In this document: positions 19,701-28,044 of the stretch, piece after piece
Numbering within the stretch: the stretch's first letter is position 1
How the letters are laid out: each line of letters begins with the position of its first letter
Program-made: the position numbers and the translations under genes
Notes under the pieces: generated by a model
Database searches by the model: none
The model's input: the letters and a program-made list of their open reading frames with translations, nothing else
What the model was told of the DNA's origin: nothing
Virus record (IMG/VR): IMGVR_UViG_3300030737_000033
Location: 1-31,611 of that record
Direction: 5' to 3' (one strand)
DNA length: 31,611 bases
From: a virus
Taxonomy: Duplodnaviria > Caudoviricetes

Positions 19701-20552
19701 GGTCCCGCTCAGGGCGGAAGGCGTAAGGAAGCTCCCGTCAGTCGGCGGGTCCAGATATGGACCATCCTGAAAGAGGCTGGCATTCGAGCCTTGGGGCGGT
19801 GGTGTCGTCGGCCACGCAGAGGCCCAGTCGAAGGTCTCGAAGCCAGCCGTCGCGTCAAGCCCGGTGTTCGTCAGGGCATAGGGTCGGACAGATTGGTTCA
19901 AGACCAGGGCGACTGTCTCACTCTGGACTACGCGGATCGCATTATCGGCGATCATTGAGGCCGTGTACACGGTCGCAAAGTCAACAATCCGCGCCACAGT
20001 GACCGTAGCCCCAGTGACGTTGATTAGGCTACCATCAATGGTGTCCCCCGTGATTGGGTCCGATAGGGTGAAGTCGTTGGCGTCAGTCACCGTGATCGCG
20101 AACTGGCGATTGTAGAGGTACGCCGCCCCACCCGGATTGAAACCGGGCAGGAACGTCACCACGAACTGAACTTGGTCGCCGGTGCTATAGCCGTGGGCCA
20201 CGGGCGTGTTCACGCTGGCCGGGTTGGCGCTGGAGATCGAGGCCACGGTGTGCTCGTTCTCAACCACAAGACTGGGTCCGGCGAACAGCCGCATGTGGTC
20301 GGGGGTGAACTCCAGATCGTAGGGAAGGGTCTGCGTGAAGTCGAACGCCTTCAGCACCGCCCGCACGCCGTTCCGCGTGGTGGCCGCGAACTGGCTTCCG
20401 CTGCGCCGGGTCCAAGCCCCCTCTTCCGTGGGAACTGCATTGAGGCAGACATTCATGGCCGTGCGGTAGGACTGTTCATCCGCGCGCCCTTGCGCGAATG
20501 GGGACCACTCACCGCCGGTGAAGTTCGACTGGAGGAAGGATGCGTCGGGCAT
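16773..20552 (-). CDS. Tail tubular protein B / nozzle (T7 gp12-like), enlarged to 1259 aa
   Basis: N-terminal QSNFTGGEWSP..GR.D and N......G...RRSGS; GWP...YHEGR; GW.RH; C-terminal Q..PYP..IL motifs. Confidence 0.88.
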   Translation of the reverse strand: MPDASFLQSNFTGGEWSPFAQGRADEQSYRTAMNVCLNAVPTEEGAWTRRSGSQFAATTRNGVRAVLKAFDFTQTLPYDLEFTPDHMRLFAGPSLVVENEHTVASISSANPASVNTPVAHGYSTGDQVQFVVTFLPGFNPGGAAYLYNRQFAITVTDANDFTLSDPITGDTIDGSLINVTGATVTVARIVDFATVYTASMIADNAIRVVQSETVALVLNQSVRPYALTNTGLDATAGFETFDWASAWPTTPPPQGSNASLFQDGPYLDPPTDGSFLTPSALSGTINLTASSIASINNGTGFQSTDVARFIRLYSEPPTWSSSTTYSTGSRVKYNGGYYQATATSTNIEPDADPGTHWFISTTAAVYTWGIIQSVISTSEVSVTLAEADPNVLLAGGPLLYSLPILTWQLGVYSDTTGWPTGGTYHEGRFLLFGAIQNRIDASMSNQPFLFSPSMIDNTVADNNAIAAVLEATDVNTIYWAIAGSGGVVLGTLAGEWLLQASALGDPLTPTSIQAHRVTRYGDANVEPRQTGLSIVFVERYQRKVYEYLADSWSGKNIGTNIAIKAKHLTEAGLQEIVYQREPNPIIWGRDPNGQLVGCTYKRESPFSSQPASFMGWHRHALGSGRTITSIQEGPSPDGTTDSVSMVTLSADTGIYFVEFFAPFFDETGSLLTAQFVDTAVCPTAAYINGGDVIFYGLYYLAGETISVWLGGVDCGDYVVAANGSITMPLGAGGGVLTAGYLQSLTGGSYGNINLNIEVTPPGQGFSAPFGSLTDYTTSSSSPSSYPQIAQSVVFDWDAQVFYTMQGQQSGDPGTNSRSLFVFDIGTFAQLEGPLDPGVLGYSNSTCLGYDGHIYFCNGTSTQFNRFNTTTNTVDLTYFKSDIGTIGPPPVVIDLGGISYVWGISSNSGTGGGSSSQWWIVEMADVEQNEVTNGFFDEEFTSLSPSNAILCRGPEGSAFALCWDEAETTIGLYRAVVEGPLFAGVGRVGSVPVSELDASWSGAQPSCIVYDETDGNIVGLFVQSGGSQCVIAKVDAWTGAVLWSIPVNGGNDFHTARIRFGLLNYIGADTIYQIDTLAGTATSTSETVLGGQPFSTDDLYGQIVANINDIGTQSWASPGPAANSGPGTTTPALVYNAPALLGFTFTSQGQILRAIVPQEAGAANGPAMAKTRRTHQVGILMSLTQGISVGTTFDNLRAANLVSNGGDGTIPLTLQQLFSGIYWDTIDDTYSFNGMVCWQISRPYPASILSVNQFLHTQDR

Positions 20553-21880
20553 TAGAGCCTACACGTGATGTAGTCATCCAAGGCTGGTTCCGTCGATCCG
20601 GTCTCGATCCCGTTGACCGTCACCGCATCGTCACGGAATTTCTTGTAGGTCTGCTCGATGGCCTGGAGTTTCTCGCTCGACTGGGTCACGCGTTCGACGC
20701 TCTCTATGGCCTGTCGCGCAGCGAGGGTCTCGCAGAACATGGGGTCCATGTTGGAGACGACCGTGATGTCGGCGGCGAACCGAAAGGTCGTCGGCTCGAC
20801 GGTGCGCGTGGTGAAGAAATCGTCGCCATAGGTCCAGTCGCGGTAGGCGTCCCCCGACGGCGCGCCCAGGTAGCTGGTGCTGCCACCCTTCGGCTCCTGC
20901 GGTGCTTCGCGGAGGAAGCCATTCGGGAGTGGGTAGACATTCAGCGTCGTGGTCTGCTCACTCGGGCCAGTGCCCAGGGGATAGTTGATGATCCACGCTG
21001 AGAGCCCAGCATTGCCGAGTTTCAGCCATGCCGTGCCGGTCGTGCCCGTGATCTGGTCGGGCTGCGTTGCCGGGATGGTTTCCCACCCGGTGCCCGGCGC
21101 ACCAGCGCCGCCAGCGTTGAAGTCCGTCGTGGACTGGTAGACGACGCTGGAGGCAGTGATCGTATCGCCAATGTCGTAATTCTGAGTGGAGACGAATGCC
21201 GCTGGCGCGCTGCTCGGGTTGTCGGTGTTGCCGTTGGTGAGGCTGATGTAGACGTTGAGCGCCGTATCATAGACTAGTTCTCCAGCTTGGTAGCCGCTGC
21301 CGAGCGCGGCCGGGCCGAGAAAGGTCCAATTGACGCCGCCGTCAGTCACGGGATTGTGACCCGTATTGCCGTTGAAATTGCTCATGTAGTTGTTGTTGTC
21401 AGAGCCAATCACAATGGTCCCGGCTGCGTAGTCTCCGCTGGGGGCCCACGGTTGCGGGTTGTTCGTTGCGCCGCCGGCCACCCACGCCGTGGCATGAACC
21501 GAGTGGAAGAACTGCTCCCAGTACACCGGGCTCGTGTCGGGTTCTTGCGCGGCGGGCACGCCTGTTCGGGCTTGGTAGAGGACGCCGTTATAGGAGACGA
21601 CCGAACCCTGAAGGTAGGTGTGGACATTCGTCCAGGCGGCCGGGGTGATCTTGCCACTGGTCGTGCTGATCGGCCGCAACATGCACTTGCGGATCGAGAA
21701 GCGCCACACATCGCGCCGAAGTTCATTCTGGCGGAGGGGATTGTAGTTGAAGTTAAGCTCGCTGGCCTGGACCGTATCGTCCGAGAAGGTGATAAGGCGG
21801 CGGACCCCCATGTGCTGGCAGGCCCGGTTCGCAATGTCCAGGGGTGACGAGTAGGTGCCTACCGTGGGGAAGGACGCCAT
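20552..21880 (-). CDS. Tail tubular protein A / adaptor (T7 gp11-like) with inserted CBM-like repeats
   Basis: LDIANRACQHMG...WRFS at the N-terminus and YPLPNGFLR...MDPMFCETLAARQA at the C-terminus, separated by an insert of roughly 200 aa or more. Confidence 0.85.
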   Translation of the reverse strand: MASFPTVGTYSSPLDIANRACQHMGVRRLITFSDDTVQASELNFNYNPLRQNELRRDVWRFSIRKCMLRPISTTSGKITPAAWTNVHTYLQGSVVSYNGVLYQARTGVPAAQEPDTSPVYWEQFFHSVHATAWVAGGATNNPQPWAPSGDYAAGTIVIGSDNNNYMSNFNGNTGHNPVTDGGVNWTFLGPAALGSGYQAGELVYDTALNVYISLTNGNTDNPSSAPAAFVSTQNYDIGDTITASSVVYQSTTDFNAGGAGAPGTGWETIPATQPDQITGTTGTAWLKLGNAGLSAWIINYPLGTGPSEQTTTLNVYPLPNGFLREAPQEPKGGSTSYLGAPSGDAYRDWTYGDDFFTTRTVEPTTFRFAADITVVSNMDPMFCETLAARQAIESVERVTQSSEKLQAIEQTYKKFRDDAVTVNGIETGSTEPALDDYITCRL

Positions 21881-21892
21881 GTGTCGTCTCCT

Positions 21893-22180
21893 TTACTCCG
21901 CCGGGATGCGGACTAGCGTCACATAAGCGCCGGAAGCACCCGAGGCAAGGACCAGTTCAACTTGGCCCGGCGGAAGTTGGACGATCACGGGCGCGGTCGT
22001 CAGAGGGGTGCCGGCCGGGATCGCAGTCGCGTTGTCGGGACCTAGCATATTGATGACAGGGGCCGACCCCAGTGTGCCAACGGACATGATGGCATAGGTG
22101 CCACCCATGATGCCGAAGTAGGCCGAGGTCTCTGCGCCCGTCACGTTGGACGCCAGAACCACGCTTTCATGTGCGCGCAT
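21893..22180 (-). CDS. Hypothetical small beta-rich structural protein
   Basis: 95 aa with SD AAGGAG, in the head-tail gene run. Confidence 0.7.
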   Translation of the reverse strand: MRAHESVVLASNVTGAETSAYFGIMGGTYAIMSVGTLGSAPVINMLGPDNATAIPAGTPLTTAPVIVQLPPGQVELVLASGASGAYVTLVRIPAE

Positions 22181-22192
22181 TGGGGGCGCTCC

Positions 22193-22411
22193 TTAGTTGG
22201 CCGGCGGGACGGAGGTCGAGAAGCCGGGGTCCGCGAGGAAGCGCCAGATTTGCATAAGGGCGACGTAAACCTGCTTCTGGTTCAGGTTGCTCGCGTTGAT
22301 GCGAACTTCGATATCGCCCGCACCCGGCGCGCTGGTGCCCTCAGTCACATCCGAGGATGCGGCAGTGTCGCTTTCGACGCCGTGAGACAGAGAGAAGGAA
22401 GCGTTGGCCAT
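22193..22411 (-). CDS. Hypothetical protein
   Basis: 72 aa with SD AAGGAG; tightly packed. Confidence 0.7.
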   Translation of the reverse strand: MANASFSLSHGVESDTAASSDVTEGTSAPGAGDIEVRINASNLNQKQVYVALMQIWRFLADPGFSTSVPPAN

Positions 22412-22421
22412 GTGTGGCTCC

Positions 22422-22658
22422 TTAGGTAATCAGGGCTTGGACGGCCAGGAGATCGACGGCAAGGTTCTCTTGCACGCCTCCCGAAGCGGCCTGGGCGTTC
22501 TGAAGGTGGACGAGAAGTGTGGAGAACATCGTTCCCACATCGGTCTCGAAAGAGGTCAGGGTCGCGGCCAGAGTGTTGACGTGGGCCTGGGTAGGCGACG
22601 CGCCGTCGGCGACCAGGGTGGCGACATTGGCCTTGAGGGTTGCGTAGTTCGTGGTCAC
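22422..22658 (-). CDS. Hypothetical helical protein
   Basis: 78 aa, GTG start with SD AGGAG at 22665-22669. Confidence 0.7.
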   Translation of the reverse strand: MTTNYATLKANVATLVADGASPTQAHVNTLAATLTSFETDVGTMFSTLLVHLQNAQAASGGVQENLAVDLLAVQALIT

Positions 22659-22669
22659 AAGTCGCTCCT

Positions 22670-22698
22670 AAAAGGATGCCCCCGGCCGAAGCCGGGGG
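22670..22698 (-). terminator. Rho-independent terminator-like hairpin after the capsid and decoration genes
   Basis: Minus strand CCCCCGGC-TTCG-GCCGGGGG (cUUCGg tetraloop) then CATCCTTTT; position analogous to T7 Tphi. Confidence 0.75.
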
Positions 22699-22705
22699 AC
22701 TTGGG

Positions 22706-23284
22706 TTAGATGCAGTACTCGGCTTCGATATAGATGTTGCCGCTTACCGCAGTGCCCGCCGCCGTGTGGACAGCAACCACGACATCGATATAGCCGCCGG
22801 GGTCACCATTGTCGGACGAACCTTCGGGGGTGATCTCGATGCCGAGCGCATTGAACAGGGTCATGTTCAATTCGTTGGCGGTGAAGGCCGTCAGGACGTT
22901 CACGCGAACGCCTTGGGCCGCAGCCCCGTGGCCGACCGCGACCGCAGCGGCGAAGCAGTTGGCGCTGATTAGAGCGCCGCTGTTCGCCGGACTGGTCCCG
23001 TCGTTGTTCGGGCTGTCGGAGTAGTAAGCCCCGACATCGACCAGAAGAGAGGTCGCGCTATCGAGTTCATCCGCGACCAGGGTGAGCGTCTTGAGGACGG
23101 CAATGGTCGGTACTCGGATCAGTCGATAGGTCGAACTGGTCGAAGCCAGTCCGACGGTCGTGGCCAGAGCGTAGTCGGACACGCGCCGACTTTCGCTCGG
23201 GGAACCCATCCCTTGCTGCGGGGGCGACACGATAGCGGCGTCGAGCCCGGTAATAGACGAGGACTTAAGTTGTTCGCCAGCCAT
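22706..23284 (-). CDS. Probable capsid decoration/cement protein
   Basis: 192 aa, beta-rich, immediately after the capsid gene and before the terminator, the position of BPP-1 Bbp16-like cement genes. Confidence 0.55.
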   Translation of the reverse strand: MAGEQLKSSSITGLDAAIVSPPQQGMGSPSESRRVSDYALATTVGLASTSSTYRLIRVPTIAVLKTLTLVADELDSATSLLVDVGAYYSDSPNNDGTSPANSGALISANCFAAAVAVGHGAAAQGVRVNVLTAFTANELNMTLFNALGIEITPEGSSDNGDPGGYIDVVVAVHTAAGTAVSGNIYIEAEYCI

Positions 23285-23307
23285 AGCTGTTCTCCTTCAG
23301 GTTCAGG

Positions 23308-24231
23308 TTACGGCGTGATGTCCGCGCCCGTGGTGTCGAGGCAGTCGATTTCGACCACCTTCCCAGGCTGGGTGCGGGTAGCGCCGAAGGTGTGCTTGGA
23401 GTACAACTGCCAGGGCTCGCCGGACAGGTCGTTCCGCTGCGACACGCGATTGTAGGTGTCCTGCCACAGGCCGAGGTAGACGCCAGACTTCACGTACATG
23501 ATGCACTGACGGTTGTTCGCGCCGTTGAACTGGAGACGTTCGGACACGACGATGTTCGCGCCCATGAAGCGGGTCACACGGCCATTGGTCAGGACCGGGC
23601 GTTCGTTGAACTCGGTCGAAACGACTTCGACTTGGTTCAGGAGGTCCGAGTGCTGCTTCGAGCCGATGACCAGGGTCAGTTCGTCCATCTCCAGGTCATT
23701 GTGATAGTGTTCGAGGATGCGCTTGCCCTCGATGATCTTGGCGACGGTCATGCCCACGCTCGCGGACGCCTTGAAGTTCTCGGCGACCAGATAGCTGGCA
23801 GAGATCGAAGACCACGTTTCGGGGACGAGCGAACCACCGTCGGTGCCGGTCTGGCTGGTGCCGAAGACCGCGCCGATAATGGCGTCATCGTAGTCGCGGC
23901 CGAAGGCGTTCGCGGCGTTCTCCACGTACCGGGACTTGGGGTCCACGATGGTGCGGAGTTCGTCGAACGTATCGACCAGTTGGGGAAGTTCGCGGTCGGT
24001 CGGGAAGACCCACCGGCGAGTGAAGTCCGCATCGACGCGGGCCATGGGGGCGAAACGCCCGGCCGGCGCGCGAGATTGGACGGCGGAGATTTGGTTGATC
24101 GGCGACGCCAGCTTACCGACGTGAGCGCCTTCAATGACCTTGCCACGGAGCTTCGAGCCGCGTTGTTGCAGCTTGAGTTCCAGGTTCGTGGAGAACTGGG
24201 TCGTCCACAGTTTAATCAGGTTGTCGGACAT
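23308..24231 (-). CDS. Major capsid protein
   Basis: 307 aa; QFSTNLELKLQQRGSKLR, DP.S.Y...A..AFGR..DD.II, FMG.N.V.SERL, GATR.Q..KVV.I; very biased codons; follows the scaffold. Confidence 0.92.
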   Translation of the reverse strand: MSDNLIKLWTTQFSTNLELKLQQRGSKLRGKVIEGAHVGKLASPINQISAVQSRAPAGRFAPMARVDADFTRRWVFPTDRELPQLVDTFDELRTIVDPKSRYVENAANAFGRDYDDAIIGAVFGTSQTGTDGGSLVPETWSSISASYLVAENFKASASVGMTVAKIIEGKRILEHYHNDLEMDELTLVIGSKQHSDLLNQVEVVSTEFNERPVLTNGRVTRFMGANIVVSERLQFNGANNRQCIMYVKSGVYLGLWQDTYNRVSQRNDLSGEPWQLYSKHTFGATRTQPGKVVEIDCLDTTGADITP

Positions 24232-24265
24232 GATATCCTCGGAGGTTGATGTTCACTGCCATTGT

Positions 24266-24380
24266 GGCCGTGTCCTCACGGGGGCCGAAAACCCAATCAT
24301 TGTCCGCCCGTTTCCGAGGTGTGGACGAAAGGGGTGCTGGGCGGGCGGATGGTCGCGCACGCCACCCGCCCAGCGGCCCC
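24266..24380 (-). ncRNA. Structured 5' leader of the capsid mRNA
   Basis: 10-bp stem 24336-24345 / 24365-24374 extended by GGGG/CCCC; GTCC/GGAC stem with CG-GAAA-CG loop (24302-24326); GGCC..CCGTG-AGGA-CACGG hairpin (24266-24286). Confidence 0.45.
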
Positions 24381-24408
24381 GGTTGCGCGAGCGGCCGGAG
24401 CAAACACC

Positions 24409-24437
24409 AATCTAGCCTATGCCAGAATGATTGTCAA
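24409..24437 (-). promoter_or_regulatory. Sigma70-type promoter for the capsid gene
   Basis: Minus strand TTGACA (24437-24432), 17 bp, TAGATT (24414-24409) preceded by GC. Confidence 0.78.
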
Positions 24438-24443
24438 GAGCGA

Positions 24444-24611
24444 TCAGTGCATCTTTTTCAGAGTGATCGCGAGCCGGGCACGGCGGCCGGAAGTGCCGCT
24501 ATCACCCTTGTGCTCCTGTTCGTACTTGGAGTTGGAGACGCCTTCCTTTTTTGCCGCAGCCGTCATCGCGCCGGGGTGCTTGATGGCCTTTTGTATCCAT
24601 TTCTTAGCCAT
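24444..24611 (-). CDS. Small basic protein (55 aa), not in the ORF track
   Basis: MAKKWIQKAIKHPGAMTAAAKKEGVSNSKYEQEHKGDSGTSGRRARLAITLKKMH; starts 3 nt after the scaffold stop with GGAG upstream. Confidence 0.8.
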   Translation of the reverse strand: MAKKWIQKAIKHPGAMTAAAKKEGVSNSKYEQEHKGDSGTSGRRARLAITLKKMH

Positions 24612-24614
24612 GAC

Positions 24615-25505
24615 TTACTCCGATGCCAGAATTGCGTTGAGTTGGCCCATCTCCCGACCGGCGGCATTGTCGCCATTCAGGTAGCGTTCGACCCACGCGC
24701 TGTCGGACTTGAGTTCCGCGATCCGAGCCGCCGCGCCTTCGCGGGTCATAAGACCATTGGAACCCGAGCCAGTGAAATTCGAGACCAGCCGGTCCTCGCC
24801 AGTTCGCATCCCGATAGTGCGGAAGACTTCCATCAGCCCTTTGTAGCCGACTTGGTTCTCCAGGGCGGACATGGCGACGCCGAACTCTTCCGGCTTCATC
24901 CCACTTTCCTTCAGGACTGTCTCGAAGGCGGCTCTGGCGACGACCATGTTGGCTTCATAGCCTGGGCCCCAATTGTTCTTCAGAGCATCTCGCTCAGCCT
25001 GGAGTTTGGCCGTCATATCCGTCTTTTCCACGGCCTCAGCGTCATCGCCCATCTTGACCAGGGCTTTGGCCAGTTCCGGGGCGCGATCCTTCGAGAGGCC
25101 GAGACTGTGCGCGAGATTGCGAAGCTCGCCGGTAAGCGCCGGGTCCAGGTCAGAGCCGTCGGCGAACTTGATGCCGTCGAAGGTGTAGTCCTCGGGCTTA
25201 GCGGGGACATTCAGGAGTTCGCGGATTGGAGCCCAGTTGGCTTCGTCAGCGGCGTCCTTCGGCCGGCGGAGGATTTGGTCGGCGGGGACGCCGATGTGGC
25301 GCTCGGCCTCGCGGTGCGCCTTGACGGCGGCGGCGAACGCCTCCGACGGCGGCTTATCAGCGAAGCCCCGGTTTTGAAGCCAGCCCGCCGTTTCGGCGTC
25401 GATATAGTTCGGTTGAGCCGCATCAGTGGCTTGATACCAGGACGCAGCCGCCGGAGGCGTCGCGCCCGTATCGCCGGGGGCGGCGGGGGTCGTTTGATCG
25501 GTCAC
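24615..25505 (-). CDS. Capsid assembly scaffolding protein
   Basis: 296 aa, Pro/Ala-rich N-terminus, P.KPEDY, AHSLGLS, LK..WG..YE.N, IG...GED motifs; lies between portal and capsid. Confidence 0.8.
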   Translation of the reverse strand: MTDQTTPAAPGDTGATPPAAASWYQATDAAQPNYIDAETAGWLQNRGFADKPPSEAFAAAVKAHREAERHIGVPADQILRRPKDAADEANWAPIRELLNVPAKPEDYTFDGIKFADGSDLDPALTGELRNLAHSLGLSKDRAPELAKALVKMGDDAEAVEKTDMTAKLQAERDALKNNWGPGYEANMVVARAAFETVLKESGMKPEEFGVAMSALENQVGYKGLMEVFRTIGMRTGEDRLVSNFTGSGSNGLMTREGAAARIAELKSDSAWVERYLNGDNAAGREMGQLNAILASE

Positions 25506-25792
25506 TGGTCATCTCCTTGGATGGCAATGGAATTAGAGCCGTACAGGAACAGCAATTCTTCAGGGCTCATATGAAGGTGCTGGTTCAGGCGAAGAAAGAC
25601 ACTGCGTCTTCCCGCCAGATAGGCGGTTTTGTGGGGGTCAGCCGACATAGTGTCCTCGGTGGCCCGGCAGAATTTCGCCAAGTCTTCTAGGACTATGGCC
25701 TGGGCGGGACTGTGTACACGCGTTCCGAACGTCAGTTGGTACGCGTGCTTCCGGCGACGCAGGAAGTTGAGTGTTTTTTCGACTACGTTCAT
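25502..25792 (-). CDS. Conserved small protein (Bbp19-like)
   Basis: Y..TF......VLEDL..FC......DP..TAY..GRRSV.L motif of the family found between portal and scaffold. Confidence 0.75.
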   Translation of the reverse strand: MNVVEKTLNFLRRRKHAYQLTFGTRVHSPAQAIVLEDLAKFCRATEDTMSADPHKTAYLAGRRSVFLRLNQHLHMSPEELLFLYGSNSIAIQGDDQ

Positions 25793-25953
25793 GCGTGGTC
25801 ACTCCCTTGGCGACGATGCGCCTCCAGGTCGTCGCGAAGTTCCTGGATCGTGTCGCGCGCTTCCTCGATAATGAGGCGCAGAGGGTCGTCATGGTCGATC
25901 AGTTTCATTTGGTGCTCTAGTTCCATGAGCACCTTAGCGATTTTGTGGGTCAT
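25789..25953 (-). CDS. Small coiled-coil protein (54 aa), not in the ORF track
   Basis: MTHKIAKVLMELEHQMKLIDHDDPLRLIIEEARDTIQELRDDLEAHRRQGSDHA; ATGA overlaps with the portal stop and with the next start. Confidence 0.75.
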   Translation of the reverse strand: MTHKIAKVLMELEHQMKLIDHDDPLRLIIEEARDTIQELRDDLEAHRRQGSDHA

Positions 25954-27746
25954 TGGCCGGGTCCTTGTGGCTGAGATTGGTCAGTCGGGGCTTGCTGGGG
26001 CGCGGGAGTGCCCGGTGGAGGTTGTTGCTGGCCCATGCCACCTGGAGCGCCCATTCCGCCCGGAGCCCCACCGCCCCCAGACTTCTGTTGGGCCGCCTGG
26101 GCCTTCATCAATGCGGCCTGGGCCGGGGCGGCCTGGATTTGCTCCTGTCGTTGCTGGGCTTGGGCGCGACCTTGGCGCTTTTGCTGCACTTCCTTGTCGG
26201 TGGCCATCCAGGTAATCGGGACAGACTGGACATCGACCGCGATCTCAGGGATCGCTCGGTCGAACGCAAACAGATCGAGCGGCGACGGGTCTTGCGTGAC
26301 CTGGACGACTTCCTGGACAACACTCAGGGTACGCATGAAGCCGGCAGCTTCCTGCGCGCGCATCGCCTTACTCAGAGGGCTGGTGTAATATACCTCATAC
26401 GCGCCCAGAGCTTTGCGTAGCTGAGGGGGCATGGGGGGTAGCAGCCCCATGCGAGAAGCCAGATCAATCTCTCGCTCAATGAGAGGACCCAGATACTCGG
26501 ATTGCTGGCGACCAACCGTTGGAGCCAGGAGTATGCCTTTTTCATTGGTCCTCTCGATCACTTCAGTCGCCGTCATCTGCGGCGTCTCTTCCAAAATCTG
26601 AAACAGGCTAACGAGGAACGCATCACCGATCAGCGACCGTTCTTCATCCATCATCTCCTTGGAAACCTGGATTTGGCCGGTGGGGAGGATTGTGACCAGG
26701 GGTTTACCATCTGACGTGACGCCGCCCTTGTTGAGGGCCCCTGGTCGCAGCGAGACACCGTCAATGAGGCCATCATCAGCAGTGAGCAGAACAGGGTCTG
26801 CGGCGCGGTGGCCCTGCTTGAGGAACGTGGCTTTTTCGGCATTGAGGGTCTTCAAGGCCGGGAGGACCATCATGGCGGGAGACCGGCCGTAAGTCTCACC
26901 TGGGGTTTGCTCATACCGCGAGATGGCGGCCGGGAAGGTATGGTAGCCGCTCTCGTGCAGAATGCACGACCCCTCGACGGAGACGTGGATCGACGTGAAG
27001 GGCATACGCTTCTGGTCGAGAGCGTGCGGGTCATAGTCGTCGCGCGGCCAGACGCAGTGCAGGAAGTTATAGGGATACTCGCTATGGGCCTCCAGGGCCG
27101 GGAGCAGAGCCTCGGGGAAGCGGTCCTCGCCGAACTTCTGCATGGCCTGTCGGGCCGTCAACCGATACCAGCGGATGAAACCATCGATCAGTCCTTGGTG
27201 GTTCTCAGTGAAGAATGTCTCGCCCAGCGGGAGTTCCTTGTATCGGAGCATCCGCAGGGGATTGCCTTGAGCATCCATTGCCTGATCGATGAACATTCCC
27301 GCATTGCCGAATGCCCCCAACTGAGTATAGTGGTTCTGGTTCTGCGCTGAGAAGTTGGCAATCGGCGCATATCGCAGTCTGAATAGTATCTTGACGACCT
27401 TCTGAAACCACTCTTGTGTTTGGCGGTCATTTTTTAGGTCTTCGAGTTCAGGTCCCAAGCCGTGCCAGAACATGTTCCGGGGCGTGAGTAGACTGTCGCA
27501 GATCGCCGCGAACCGGCTGAGCGCCATCATCCCCGACGCGTCCACTTGCCGGTCGGTCTTTTTCATGCCGGGGAAGTTGAAGGTCTGATAGTAGAAGGTA
27601 TTCCGCGAAGTCGGCAGGATCAACTCGGCGATCTCTTCCCATTGCTGGCTGAAGAGGTTCCGCCAAGTCTGAAGCTCGGCGAAGCGTTGCATGATTTCGA
27701 CGAACCGCGCTTGGTTTAGCGGGTCCATGGCTGCGGTCGAGATCAT
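25950..27746 (-). CDS. Portal (head-tail connector) protein, T7 gp8/Bbp21-like
   Basis: 598 aa; WEEIAELILP, LGAFGNA, GETYGRSPAM..LP..K.LN, MTATEVIER..EK..LLAP; Q/P/G-rich C-terminal tail. Confidence 0.95.
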   Translation of the reverse strand: MISTAAMDPLNQARFVEIMQRFAELQTWRNLFSQQWEEIAELILPTSRNTFYYQTFNFPGMKKTDRQVDASGMMALSRFAAICDSLLTPRNMFWHGLGPELEDLKNDRQTQEWFQKVVKILFRLRYAPIANFSAQNQNHYTQLGAFGNAGMFIDQAMDAQGNPLRMLRYKELPLGETFFTENHQGLIDGFIRWYRLTARQAMQKFGEDRFPEALLPALEAHSEYPYNFLHCVWPRDDYDPHALDQKRMPFTSIHVSVEGSCILHESGYHTFPAAISRYEQTPGETYGRSPAMMVLPALKTLNAEKATFLKQGHRAADPVLLTADDGLIDGVSLRPGALNKGGVTSDGKPLVTILPTGQIQVSKEMMDEERSLIGDAFLVSLFQILEETPQMTATEVIERTNEKGILLAPTVGRQQSEYLGPLIEREIDLASRMGLLPPMPPQLRKALGAYEVYYTSPLSKAMRAQEAAGFMRTLSVVQEVVQVTQDPSPLDLFAFDRAIPEIAVDVQSVPITWMATDKEVQQKRQGRAQAQQRQEQIQAAPAQAALMKAQAAQQKSGGGGAPGGMGAPGGMGQQQPPPGTPAPQQAPTDQSQPQGPGQ

Positions 27747-28018
27747 TACAGGACGCCCTTAATACTGCCCGACATAAGGGAGGCCACGCCTGGGGTCAGG
27801 GCGGCCGACATTGAGTTCATCTTGTCGGTCTGGTTCGAGGCGTCGAGCATCTTTTTCTTTCGGTTGGCAACATCGTCCTGGACCTGCTGGCTCAGGGCGT
27901 CACCTAGCCCAAGCTCTGACGCAGCCGGTGTCAGGGCGAGGTTCTTGCCCGAGACCCCGCTGGGAATACCGGACGCGCCAGTAAGCATTTGCTGAGAGAG
28001 AAGGCTGGTGCCAGCCAT
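27746..28018 (-). CDS. Hypothetical small protein upstream of portal
   Basis: 90 aa, SD AGGAG, TAATG coupling to portal. Confidence 0.75.
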   Translation of the reverse strand: MAGTSLLSQQMLTGASGIPSGVSGKNLALTPAASELGLGDALSQQVQDDVANRKKKMLDASNQTDKMNSMSAALTPGVASLMSGSIKGVL

Positions 28019-28044
28019 GAAGGCACTCCTATGATCTTCGCATA

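Noticed and set aside
25953-26200. Q/P/G-rich low-complexity portal tail as a separate repeat element
   Set aside because: Disordered C-terminal tails are common in this portal family; only a short GAPGGMG duplication is present.
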